A stretch of DNA of 64,000 nucleotides from a virus: IMG/VR virus record IMGVR_UViG_3300024255_001563, positions 71,459 through 135,458 of that record. One strand, written 5' to 3'. The position numbers were made by a program, and so were the translations under genes. The notes below the pieces were generated by a model, which worked only from the letters and a program-made list of their open reading frames with translations, had not been told where the DNA came from and ran no database searches. Below are positions 1 to 9,847 of the stretch, one piece after another. Position 1 is the stretch's first letter. Every line of letters begins with the position of its first letter.

Positions 1-3000
1 TACATCTGTACTAAATTCTCTAACAACTGTTCCTGAACCGCCTAGTCTTACGCCGCCTAGTGCAAGTTCACTCAAGCCGTCTAAGTTAAAGAATTCAGCA
101 CTAATAGTAACAATACCAGTTGCTTGCTCAACAGCAAACAATTCTCCGCCTCTAAAGTTACCGTTTTGGTCTGTAGATGTATAAAATACTCTTCCGCCAT
201 CTACTTCAAATACTTCGTATTCTGGTGCAGCAACAAAGAAGTTACCATCTCTATAAATTGCAGGGTAGTTTGTTTCCTGAAAATTTCCTGTACCGATATC
301 AAGGAAATCATGTCCACTAATACGACATTGAGAATATTGTGTTCTTATTTCGCATGTAGTGCCAGTTTGTAAACCATCTTCAATTTGCAAACTCGGAGTG
401 ATTTGAAATCTTGCACGTTTTGTACCAGCATTTTGACCATCATCTCCTAAGTCAGTTATTGTTGACACAGTATAGATTTTTAAATCGCCTTCTTCCTCTG
501 TATCAAGATCTTCGATAGTAGTAAATCTAAGCTGTGCTCCTGGACCAGGAATTTCTGCCGGTACACCAATAAGTGTAACTAATGTTCCTTCTGGAACAAT
601 ATCAGCAAATCCGTCTCCAGTAATAGTAACTCTTGTAGTAGATGTTCTATATCCTGTACCTCTATTTCTAAAAGTTGGCTGACCTAATACTCCATCGCCT
701 AGGCGTAAATTATACAAAACTTCACTTGTATATGTATTATCAAAGATAGTTAATGTTGGGTCGTTTTCACCTTCAACATATCCACTACCTGGATCCCATA
801 TTTCCATTGTAGAAAGCTGTGAACCATTTACTACTGCTCTAAACTTAGCTTGTGCACCTGTTCTAACTTTGTGCCAACCTTGTATTGTAGAATTATTAGC
901 TAATACTACCCACGTTGGTTTTCCACTTAGTGTATTATAAGTTAGTGCTGAATAATCTTTAACCCAGAACATATCTCTACCTTGCCAGTTATAGCCGTCA
1001 CTACTTGTAGCTACCCAAGAAGTTGCACCTGTAGCAGGTGTTGCATCGGCGCCGATGATTTGTCCATCGGTATTTGAAAGAGCAAACCAACTTCCGTTTG
1101 CAAATTTTACCTTGTTCCACTTCATTGTTGTAGAACCATCTTCAAGTGGCATATCAGGACCTTGTGCCCAAGTTAAACCTAAATCTAAACTATAAACTGT
1201 TGCACCGTCTCTGTCAACTGCTACAAATCTATTCTTACCGTATGTTAATCCTACCCAAGCAAATGCGCCTGCTGGAAGAGCTGTGTCAAGTCTTGTCCAG
1301 GTAATTGCATCCTCGGAATATGCAACTGCTCGATCATTCCCTGCAATTACAACAAATCTGCCTCCGCCGTGTGCAATATTAGTCCATTGACTGGCTGTAG
1401 AATCTCCTAATGTATCGTCTGGAATAGTTGCTTGTGTCCATGTTACGCCATCTGTACTAGATATTACTGTATTACTATCTTCGGCACATATAACAAATTT
1501 ACCTTCTGCAAAAACAACATCACTCCATGCTTCATTAGCTGGTAGTTGTTCAAATGTCCAGTTAATACCGTCAGATGATACTCCTACTCTATCGTCATCG
1601 TCGGCAATCAAAACAAATTTGCCGTTGCCGTTTGCTAGAGTATGCCAGTTTCTAACTCTGTTTATAAATGTTTCATTCCAGTCTTGTGCATCTGCACTAT
1701 ATACAATAAAGTTAGGTTGTGCAACAGCAACATATATTCCAGATAGAGCTGTACCTGTAGTAACTATACCTTGTATACTATTTGTACTATCGTCTGAATT
1801 AGCTGTAACTCTTATTACACAATCGTTAGCCGGTGTTTGGCCACCTAGATCACTACCGAGTATTGTAATTTCGTCTCCTATAGCATAACCTGATCCGGGA
1901 TTAACAATAGTTACTTCGTAATGCTGGCCGCTGCGTAATACGTTTACAACTGCTCCGGTCGGAACAACTGATGCATCAATTTCTCCGGTACCAAAGCCTA
2001 ATGTTATTCCAGCATAATTTTGACTAGTTTCACCGTGAATTAAATCTTTAAAAGTTCTTTCATTAGGTAAAGTGCCTGCTTCCTTTTCGAATCCTGGATC
2101 ACTCACTACAATTCTTGGTTCAATTCTATATACACAGTTGTTAGAAAGAGCAGGTTCAATTGTTGTTCCTGGAACAATATGATCCCAGCCAGGTTCTCCA
2201 GTACTTTCTTTTCTTACTGTTGCAACTTTTGTGTTTGCTACATAATCGTCAACAATAGCATATTGTCCAGTTCCGTCGCCACTTACAATAAGTATTCTCA
2301 TACCGTTATATGTATCATCTTGATTGTTATCTGATTGAGCAAGTGTGATTTGTGTAGTGTTTCCTACTTGAGCATTGTTACCATAGACACTATAACCACT
2401 ACCGCCTGCAAGTCCTGAACCTTCATTTAGCAGTCGAGATTGGAATATGCTTCCATCTGTAATTTGGTCAAATACTACATCAATGCCGCCGCCGGCGCCA
2501 ACTACATCTGCTGTAGCTGTTGTATAATTTTGTCCACAATGTACATATTCAAATAGGAACACTTCGTCTTGAAATTCACCTGCATATACATTATTAACTA
2601 TTGCGTCATTATTAGTATTATCAACACTTGTGTTTATAGGTGTTTCATTTGGATCAATACCTATTGAAACTGAACCAAATACTCCATATGAGTTATTACC
2701 GTTGGTTGCACGTATAATACCGCCATCTTCTGCTAGATATCCGATAGCTGCGTAATAGGTAAACACTGAAACAAGTTCTGCTCTTGCACCATTAGTTACC
2801 CAGGCACCTATGCCATCACTAATGACCTGTGTAAAATCGTTTGAAACAAATGATCTATTACCGCCGTTGTGTAGATTGCCATCAACTTTTTGTCCGATAG
2901 CAAATGTACCAAGAGTAGTAACACCTTGTATATATGGCGATCTATTATTAATCCAAACTGATTGATCGTCTGGACCCCAACCTGGATCTAATGCACAATA

Positions 3001-5205
3001 TGCTCCACCGGTAGGACGTTGGTATAATTCAAATACATTAGCTTCATCAGGCGATCCAACTATACCGTCAACTGTCAGTTGTCTTATCCCGGTTGTATCT
3101 CTTAAATAGAACATATCAGGACCATTTGTACTACCGTTATATCTATTATAATAAACTTCAGCTGCTCTTAGTGTTCTATAATTACCTTCGTATTTTAGAT
3201 CGTAAAGTACAGAATCTATTAAAACAAGTATATCTCTTTTAACTTTGTCCATATCATATGAGGCTGCATTTGTTTGTCTATATGCAAGTAATTCTGCTTG
3301 TAGCCATGCCTTATTTTGTTCAATAATATTAATTGCTGCTTCTCTATCAACATCTAATGTAGGAGCATTACTACCCGTAATTGTCGGCGCTGAGACCCCT
3401 GTATCATTTATATAAAATTCTAAATAATCTACAAAGTTAGTCAATAGTGCAACTGCTGCGGTTGCAACTTCTGATGTTGATGGAGCAAAATCAGTCGATA
3501 GTACTAGATCATTTCCGACAGTATTTTCAATTTCTACCAGCGTCAAAAAGTCTTCCATAATTTCTGACCAACGAGTTATATATCCATCTTTAGCAATAGG
3601 AAAATCATCAGCATAATCGCTATCAGGACCAGCTGCTTGAATCGTAGTACTTCGTAGTTCGTCTCCCATAATTGTACAACCAGCAGGAACTGTGATAGGT
3701 AAAGTTTCATAATACCTTCCAGTACTAACTCTAATTTTTACCGGTGTAAGCGCATCATAATTACTTAATACAAATTCAGATGCATATTGTATTGTTTTAA
3801 ATGGTTTTTCAGATTCTAGACCGTATCCAGTTTGATCTTTTCCGTGCATTGATACATAAACTACATCCGAATCTGAAATCCAATCTCTATAATATAATTC
3901 AATATCAGAGTCTACACTTAAAAATTCTTCGTAATTGCCGATTGGCACATTAGTAGGTCCTTTTGTAGAACCGTCTCCAACGTTTCCTCTACTTAGACCA
4001 TATGTAAGTAGATCACCTTCATCTTCTAATCCTGCATCTAAACCAGCTTGAATAAATAATTCCCAGTATTCAAATCCGCTGCCGTTGTCACCTGGAAAAT
4101 TATTATCTGCACTTATATGTTGTTCTACACAATTCCATGTACTACCTTTATAAATTACAAGATCGTTTGGATAATATTGGTTTGCAATATTCCAAACATT
4201 ATTCCATTTTACACTAGGGATTAATTTTTCCCATATACTCGGATCTAAGAAATCGTTAGTCGATCCGTCAAGTTCTTCAACTTCTGAAACTGCAATGTAA
4301 ACATCTCCACCACGTTGAATAACATCACCTGGTTTATAGTTAGCATTAATACTATAATCGCCTTTAAAGTTATATGAATATGAAAGTAATACCCAAACCG
4401 ACGATCCTTTATCTTTAAATGGTTTTTGATTTGTATTATTTTGTATAGCATAATATGCATTACCGCTATAAATTACAACATCACCTATTTGATAATATGT
4501 AGCAGAATTCCATTCTCCGTCAAAATCAAAACCTGGTAACTCTACTACAAATTTTGTAATATCTATGTCATTTAACCCTGCTGTATGAGATTCAGTACAA
4601 CGGTATAAAGTGCCACCGCTTCTTACAAGGTCGTTTTTTCTATAACTTACGCCGCCAACAAATTCGCCTGCATAAGTTGTATTATCTAAAAATACTTCCC
4701 AGGCAGCAGCATTATCTTCTAACAACGTACCAGCAGCGTGTGCAGTTACACATTTATATGTAATACCATTATATCTTACTAGTGCGCCTGGAACATAATC
4801 TGCAGAACTGTCCCATGTACCAACATATGCTTGATGAGATCCTACAGACGTCCAGTTTTCTGATTGAGAACTGAATGCAGTAGCAGTATGATTTGTTGTA
4901 CACTCCCAAAGTGTACCTTGATAAAATATAACATCGCCTAAGTCGTACGATGTTGCTTGCGACCACGGCCCAACGAATGAGCGGCCGCTTGTCATAACTC
5001 TCCATCGCGGATCTGCTAATGGTGGAGATGATTCTGGTACAATGTAATCTAAATCTTCTCTAAAATCTGTAGACGCAGTATGTCCTACAAGACAAACATA
5101 AGATCTACCTTTTACTCGTATAATATCGTCTCTACTATATACCGTGCCAGTGACCCAGTCACCTCGCCATACATACTTAAATCGTTCTAACTTAAACTCT
5201 GCCAT
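1..5205 (-). CDS. Large modular virion fibre/structural protein, >1735 aa, C-terminus beyond the window edge. N-terminal CBM5/12-like W-x5-Y-x2-GD-x-V repeats, beta-helix region and Asp-box (BNR) repeats
   Basis: Not in the ORF track because there is no stop in the window. Read manually from ATG at 5205 (MAEFKLERFKYVWRGDW...), AAGGA upstream; sampled segments are in the same frame down to base 1 (...LGGVRLGGSGTVVREFSTDV). Asp-boxes SADAQDW, SSDGINW, STDGVTW, SEDAITW, SLDLGLTW, SSDGYNW at ~980-1700. Confidence 0.85.
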   Translation of the reverse strand, partial: MAEFKLERFKYVWRGDWVTGTVYSRDDIIRVKGRSYVCLVGHTASTDFREDLDYIVPESSPPLADPRWRVMTSGRSFVGPWSQATSYDLGDVIFYQGTLWECTTNHTATAFSSQSENWTSVGSHQAYVGTWDSSADYVPGALVRYNGITYKCVTAHAAGTLLEDNAAAWEVFLDNTTYAGEFVGGVSYRKNDLVRSGGTLYRCTESHTAGLNDIDITKFVVELPGFDFDGEWNSATYYQIGDVVIYSGNAYYAIQNNTNQKPFKDKGSSVWVLLSYSYNFKGDYSINANYKPGDVIQRGGDVYIAVSEVEELDGSTNDFLDPSIWEKLIPSVKWNNVWNIANQYYPNDLVIYKGSTWNCVEQHISADNNFPGDNGSGFEYWELFIQAGLDAGLEDEGDLLTYGLSRGNVGDGSTKGPTNVPIGNYEEFLSVDSDIELYYRDWISDSDVVYVSMHGKDQTGYGLESEKPFKTIQYASEFVLSNYDALTPVKIRVSTGRYYETLPITVPAGCTIMGDELRSTTIQAAGPDSDYADDFPIAKDGYITRWSEIMEDFLTLVEIENTVGNDLVLSTDFAPSTSEVATAAVALLTNFVDYLEFYINDTGVSAPTITGSNAPTLDVDREAAINIIEQNKAWLQAELLAYRQTNAASYDMDKVKRDILVLIDSVLYDLKYEGNYRTLRAAEVYYNRYNGSTNGPDMFYLRDTTGIRQLTVDGIVGSPDEANVFELYQRPTGGAYCALDPGWGPDDQSVWINNRSPYIQGVTTLGTFAIGQKVDGNLHNGGNRSFVSNDFTQVISDGIGAWVTNGARAELVSVFTYYAAIGYLAEDGGIIRATNGNNSYGVFGSVSIGIDPNETPINTSVDNTNNDAIVNNVYAGEFQDEVFLFEYVHCGQNYTTATADVVGAGGGIDVVFDQITDGSIFQSRLLNEGSGLAGGSGYSVYGNNAQVGNTTQITLAQSDNNQDDTYNGMRILIVSGDGTGQYAIVDDYVANTKVATVRKESTGEPGWDHIVPGTTIEPALSNNCVYRIEPRIVVSDPGFEKEAGTLPNERTFKDLIHGETSQNYAGITLGFGTGEIDASVVPTGAVVNVLRSGQHYEVTIVNPGSGYAIGDEITILGSDLGGQTPANDCVIRVTANSDDSTNSIQGIVTTGTALSGIYVAVAQPNFIVYSADAQDWNETFINRVRNWHTLANGNGKFVLIADDDDRVGVSSDGINWTFEQLPANEAWSDVVFAEGKFVICAEDSNTVISSTDGVTWTQATIPDDTLGDSTASQWTNIAHGGGRFVVIAGNDRAVAYSEDAITWTRLDTALPAGAFAWVGLTYGKNRFVAVDRDGATVYSLDLGLTWAQGPDMPLEDGSTTMKWNKVKFANGSWFALSNTDGQIIGADATPATGATSWVATSSDGYNWQGRDMFWVKDYSALTYNTLSGKPTWVVLANNSTIQGWHKVRTGAQAKFRAVVNGSQLSTMEIWDPGSGYVEGENDPTLTIFDNTYTSEVLYNLRLGDGVLGQPTFRNRGTGYRTSTTRVTITGDGFADIVPEGTLVTLIGVPAEIPGPGAQLRFTTIEDLDTEEEGDLKIYTVSTITDLGDDGQNAGTKRARFQITPSLQIEDGLQTGTTCEIRTQYSQCRISGHDFLDIGTGNFQETNYPAIYRDGNFFVAAPEYEVFEVDGGRVFYTSTDQNGNFRGGELFAVEQATGIVTISAEFFNLDGLSELALGGVRLGGSGTVVREFSTDV

Positions 5206-5216
5206 TTATCTTTTCC

Positions 5217-5651
5217 TTAGTACTCTGCACCGCCGGACAACTGTCCTACTACTACGCCGTCTAAACCTTCTCCGTATCCCGGACTAGATATTCCTTCTGG
5301 AAAATCATAACCTTCCGAAACTCTTAATACAAATTCGCCTGTATCTGGGTCAATAAAATAGGTTAAACTTCTACCTTCCCATTTAAGTTGTGGATATCGA
5401 AGATTGTCATAAACAATATTATGTTCTTCATCAATCCCGTCTAAAAAATCAATTCCTTCTTCAAAATCTGGAAAGTTTTCACCTTCTACGCCGATATCGT
5501 TAATAACAACACTATTGCCTTCAGCAACTGATAATTGATCCGATCTGATTAAGTATAGTTCACCATCGATATTTCTTCTTAGACCATAGAGGTATCTTTT
5601 AATAATACCTGCTAAAACGTCTTGTGGTGTATTACCTACATAATGTGTCAT
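5217..5651 (-). CDS. Hypothetical virion-associated protein, 144 aa
   Basis: Tightly packed ORF in the structural operon, AAGGA upstream. Confidence 0.8.
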   Translation of the reverse strand: MTHYVGNTPQDVLAGIIKRYLYGLRRNIDGELYLIRSDQLSVAEGNSVVINDIGVEGENFPDFEEGIDFLDGIDEEHNIVYDNLRYPQLKWEGRSLTYFIDPDTGEFVLRVSEGYDFPEGISSPGYGEGLDGVVVGQLSGGAEY

Positions 5652-5661
5652 TATATTTTCC

Positions 5662-5991
5662 TTACGTTATTTCAACGTAACTTACAATTACGTCTACTGC
5701 GTCATTTAAATTTGCACTAACAAGCAATTTATTTTCAGGAGCAATAATTAATTTTTCGCCCTGTTGTACTGCTCTTAAACTTGTGTTAGCTGGCAAAAGT
5801 GTATCTTTTAAATAAAATCCTGTATTACTTGTATCATCTTCAACATATACGCTAATATATACAAAGTCAGTTGTTAAGTTTGTACAACTTAACCCGATAA
5901 TTGTAAATCTACTTGTAGGTTCTGTTGCCACAATTTCTACTGGCTTTGATCCTACATTTTTGACTACTTTATTTCTAAAAAACGTTGCCAT
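5662..5991 (-). CDS. Small beta-rich structural protein, 109 aa, probable paralogue of the 119- and 129-aa proteins
   Basis: Shares EKL/IIxxxxxxL..V(S)Y(V/L)EI C-terminal pattern with 15220-15969 ORFs. Confidence 0.75.
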   Translation of the reverse strand: MATFFRNKVVKNVGSKPVEIVATEPTSRFTIIGLSCTNLTTDFVYISVYVEDDTSNTGFYLKDTLLPANTSLRAVQQGEKLIIAPENKLLVSANLNDAVDVIVSYVEIT

Positions 5992-6002
5992 TTATTTCAT
6001 CC

Positions 6003-9000
6003 TTATCCGAATATTACTGCCATTGTAATAGCAATATCTTCTGCATCAATTCTCGATATCGAACCAGTTTGCCCTGCAACAGATCCCCAAACTGATCCGT
6101 CATAAGCTTCAACTCTTCCGTCGGCTGTATTAAATCGAAGCATACCTACTTCTGTGTATGCAGGATTTGGTCTATCTAAACTTGTACCTACCGGAAGTAC
6201 AAATCCGTTTGATCCTGCTATTTTAACATAACCATTATTAGTATTTACAAAAGTTGTAACACCGTCTTCTACAACGTTTGTAATTGTATTACTAGAAAAT
6301 GCAAAATCTTCTAATACTACGCTACCTGTTCCTTGTGCAGAAAACTGTAAATCAACATCTGTATTAATTGTTGTAATAACATTAGTATCGATTTCTATAT
6401 CATCAACAGTTACTCTGTTAACATCTAATTTTACACTATCAAGTGTTCCTATAACAGTATCTTCTACTATAAATCTGATAATATTATCATTTGCACCTTG
6501 TGTTGCTTCAGCAGTAATTCTTGTGTCACCGTCAACATCTTGTAAGCCATTTAGTTTAATCCAGTCACTACCGTCGTAACCTTCAAATCTTGTTAACTCA
6601 GAATTATATCTAATAATACCTGCTTCGGCTGTAGGTCTGCTTGCTATATCACCTGTTGGTAATTTTAACGAACCTGTTGAATTTATTTTAGTATATTCAC
6701 TGCCAGGTTGTATAATTATATCACTAGCTGTGGAACTAATAGTATAAGAATCAATATTAAAATTATCGATAGTTATAAACCCTGCGCCGTTAGCTCTAAG
6801 CTCTAAATTTGCATCTGATGTAGTTGTTCTAATGTAGTTATCTGTAATTAAGATATCATCTACGTATGCACTTTCAACGTATAGATTCTTCCATATTTTA
6901 TTAGCAAGACCTAAATTAAATGTACTAGTAACTGATGGTTTTATATCTGAAGCAATTCCTGCAACTATTTGTATATTATCTGTAACTTCGTCGCCGATTA
7001 CAATATTACCACCAATTGTAACGTTTCCGGTAACATCTAAGTCGCCGCTAATATTAACATTATTATTAAGATTAATTTGATCTGATGCTGCTGTAAAATT
7101 AACATCTCCTGATAAGCTTTCAAGAGTATTTCCGCTAATTCTTAAATTTCCAGTATCAATTTTATCAGCTAATATTGATGTAGTATTCACACCATCTGTA
7201 AATGTAAGACCTGTATCAGTATCAACATTAAAGTTTGCTGCACTAAAAGTAACTTGTCCTGTGTCTTGATTTACGTAAAATAAATCACCAACTCTAAAGT
7301 CACCTCTATGGTCTACAGAATTATATCTCATTTTTGCATTATTGAGTGCAACTACTTCATTTGCTTGAATTACTGTAGTAGGATCATTTGTAACTTCTTT
7401 ACCGTTACCGATGTATGCTAAATTTTGTCCGATAGCATAAACAATTACTCCAGGACCATTACCGTATAATCCGTAATTACCATATACACAAGCACTTCCT
7501 ATCATACGTACTTCTGCGCCGAAATCGCTATAATCAGCTAAAGTAAATTGTGTTGCTACTGCGCCGCCACTAAATCTAATATCTTGCTGTTGAATAGTTT
7601 CGTCTGTGAACACAGTTGAACTGTCTTCACCGTTAAATCTCATTAACAGTACAGTATCTTCTGTTGAATAAAGATTAACAATCGGTGCTGTAAAGTTACT
7701 TGTATATTGTGCTACACCTTTTTGGATTCTAAAATCATCAAAGTGAGCATTTGCCGATTCGGTACCATCATGTTTTGCACCTATAGTTAAAGGTTTTGCA
7801 ACACCGTAATTATTGTTATCAGTATATGTTGACCCTACTTGTGTACCGTCTACAAAAAGTTTTGTATCTGTACCTGATCTAGTAATTGCAATATGATGCC
7901 ACGTACTTGCTGTTAGAGCACTTGTTCCTAAAATTTTAACTGCACTATCTGTATAGTAAACTATATCACCTGTATTTGTTGTATATACATAGGGAGTAAT
8001 ATCTGCATCGATGCCTGCTCTAAAGTCAAACAATGTTTCATTAGTTGCTGGCAATGCACCATTTGAGTAATACCATGTTTCTATTGTAAAATCGTCTGTC
8101 CCAAATCCAAAATCATTTTGTGCTACAATAGTTAAGTAATCACCTGATCCGCCTAAGTCTAAACTTGCACTACCGAATTTTTTAATATCTTGATCTATAC
8201 TTGCTGCGCCGTTACCTGCAACAGTTTTGCCTATTCTAGAAGTAGGCGTTTCAAATCCTTCAGACTTTCCAGATATATAAATTTTACCATCTGCATCTAC
8301 ACTCGAAATTGTTCCGGTTGCTAGTACAGTTACACCGTCTGTATCATAATATGTAATAGTTTCTGATGCAGAATACGATCCAGTAAGGTCTGATACTCTA
8401 AGTGCTGTTTCGCCAGCACTTTTCTTACCTAGTGTGCCGTCTATTGCATATATGCCTTTATCTGCAAAATATGTAAAACAATTTAACCATTCTACTCTTA
8501 CACCATTTGTTAGTGTTATTGCATCAACTCCGGGTGTGATAAAAGTTGCACTATGAAAAAGACAACCAGCTTCTTTTGAACTAGCATCCATTACACTACC
8601 ATCTAGTAAAGCGCCTTTACCTGCATCACCCTGATTAAATCCTCTTGGATCTTCTGCTGTTGTTACACTACCAGTTGTAATTACACTAACATTTCTTATG
8701 TAAGGTGATCTAGTTGTAACAGTTGCAGCAGATGCAAATTTAAATGCATATCCTGGACTATAGAAATTACTTATAGTTAAGTCTTCAATTGTAACTTCAC
8801 CGGTTAATAAAAATCCATCGTTATTTTGTGTAGCAACTGTAGGTATAATTCTTACAGAACGCATACTGTGACCTTTTACAGTTACCCCTGCAGGAACAGT
8901 TAACGGAAATATCTCAGTATATGTTCCTGGCGTAATATGAATTGTATCGCCAGATGATGCTACACTAAGAGCTTGCGTTAAACTAGCATACGGATCTTGC

Positions 9001-9728
9001 GGATGTGTTCCTGAGTGTATGTCGTCTCCATTTTCAGAAACATAATAAATATTTCCTTGGCGTAAAATAAGATCAATTCCGTCTGCTTCAATAGCAGTAC
9101 TGTTTACTTCTTCTGCGTAGAAATTTTGTACGTAAATGTCGTTCCATCTTTTACCGCCAGAATCAGGATCACTACCTAATGTATATGTATCAGTTTGTGA
9201 AGGAATAATATTACTACTAAGTTCTGAATTAAATTCGATATAATCTGTATCAGCATCGCCAATTGTAATAACACCGTCTGCTGTAATATTACCTGTAGCA
9301 TAAATGTCGCCCTGTACATTCATGTCGCTATGTATTTCAACTCGTCCTGTACCCTGTGGGGCAAGTTCTAAATTAGCATTAGTAGTATTTGTTCTAATTC
9401 GATTACCTTCGATATCAATACTATCAATTGTTAATCTATTTTGATAAACTACGTTATCTAATGTGCCTAAGGCAAGTGTACTTGTAGCACTTGATATCGT
9501 GTTACCTTGTATTCTAACATCGCCTATTTCTGCTAAAGTAGTTACTTCTAGTGTAGGTGTTCTCGAAACACCGTTTACATCTAAATCGTACTGAGGTGTA
9601 GCGTTGTTAATACCGATGCGCTGGTTATTAACATCTAAATATAGAAGATCCGTCTCAAAAGCTAGATTTACTCCCTCACGAAGTAAGTTTTGCTTTAAGA
9701 GCGGACCACTTATGCGACCTACAGCCAT
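6003..9728 (-). CDS. Virion fibre/structural protein, 1241 aa, with beta-helix region and an inserted LamG/concanavalin-like domain
   Basis: YYVSENGDD...PYASLTQAL...GDTIHITPGTY beta-helix cap; DFTIETWYY...WHHIAITRSG...LFVDG...DDFRI LamG signature; C-terminal LPVG..RP..GMLRFN motif. Confidence 0.8.
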   Translation of the reverse strand: MAVGRISGPLLKQNLLREGVNLAFETDLLYLDVNNQRIGINNATPQYDLDVNGVSRTPTLEVTTLAEIGDVRIQGNTISSATSTLALGTLDNVVYQNRLTIDSIDIEGNRIRTNTTNANLELAPQGTGRVEIHSDMNVQGDIYATGNITADGVITIGDADTDYIEFNSELSSNIIPSQTDTYTLGSDPDSGGKRWNDIYVQNFYAEEVNSTAIEADGIDLILRQGNIYYVSENGDDIHSGTHPQDPYASLTQALSVASSGDTIHITPGTYTEIFPLTVPAGVTVKGHSMRSVRIIPTVATQNNDGFLLTGEVTIEDLTISNFYSPGYAFKFASAATVTTRSPYIRNVSVITTGSVTTAEDPRGFNQGDAGKGALLDGSVMDASSKEAGCLFHSATFITPGVDAITLTNGVRVEWLNCFTYFADKGIYAIDGTLGKKSAGETALRVSDLTGSYSASETITYYDTDGVTVLATGTISSVDADGKIYISGKSEGFETPTSRIGKTVAGNGAASIDQDIKKFGSASLDLGGSGDYLTIVAQNDFGFGTDDFTIETWYYSNGALPATNETLFDFRAGIDADITPYVYTTNTGDIVYYTDSAVKILGTSALTASTWHHIAITRSGTDTKLFVDGTQVGSTYTDNNNYGVAKPLTIGAKHDGTESANAHFDDFRIQKGVAQYTSNFTAPIVNLYSTEDTVLLMRFNGEDSSTVFTDETIQQQDIRFSGGAVATQFTLADYSDFGAEVRMIGSACVYGNYGLYGNGPGVIVYAIGQNLAYIGNGKEVTNDPTTVIQANEVVALNNAKMRYNSVDHRGDFRVGDLFYVNQDTGQVTFSAANFNVDTDTGLTFTDGVNTTSILADKIDTGNLRISGNTLESLSGDVNFTAASDQINLNNNVNISGDLDVTGNVTIGGNIVIGDEVTDNIQIVAGIASDIKPSVTSTFNLGLANKIWKNLYVESAYVDDILITDNYIRTTTSDANLELRANGAGFITIDNFNIDSYTISSTASDIIIQPGSEYTKINSTGSLKLPTGDIASRPTAEAGIIRYNSELTRFEGYDGSDWIKLNGLQDVDGDTRITAEATQGANDNIIRFIVEDTVIGTLDSVKLDVNRVTVDDIEIDTNVITTINTDVDLQFSAQGTGSVVLEDFAFSSNTITNVVEDGVTTFVNTNNGYVKIAGSNGFVLPVGTSLDRPNPAYTEVGMLRFNTADGRVEAYDGSVWGSVAGQTGSISRIDAEDIAITMAVIFG

Positions 9729-9828
9729 CTCTTTTCCTCAATACGGGGATCCTGTCCCTCCAACCACCTTACATTGCGGGTTGACCACAGTTTGTACCTG
9801 CAATACTTGGTCTATAGTGCATTAATAT

Positions 9829-9835
9829 TATTTAT
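9829..9835 (-). promoter_or_regulatory. Late promoter (ATAAATA), ~100 nt upstream of the 1241-aa gene
   Basis: Matches T4 late consensus core; same motif recurs before most structural operons. Confidence 0.6.
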
Positions 9836-9847
9836 CGTTTTTTACAA

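Noticed and set aside
124..5005. Short ORFs 124-372, 1619-1888, 4245-4460, 4769-5005
   Set aside because: All lie within the large minus-strand gene 1-5205
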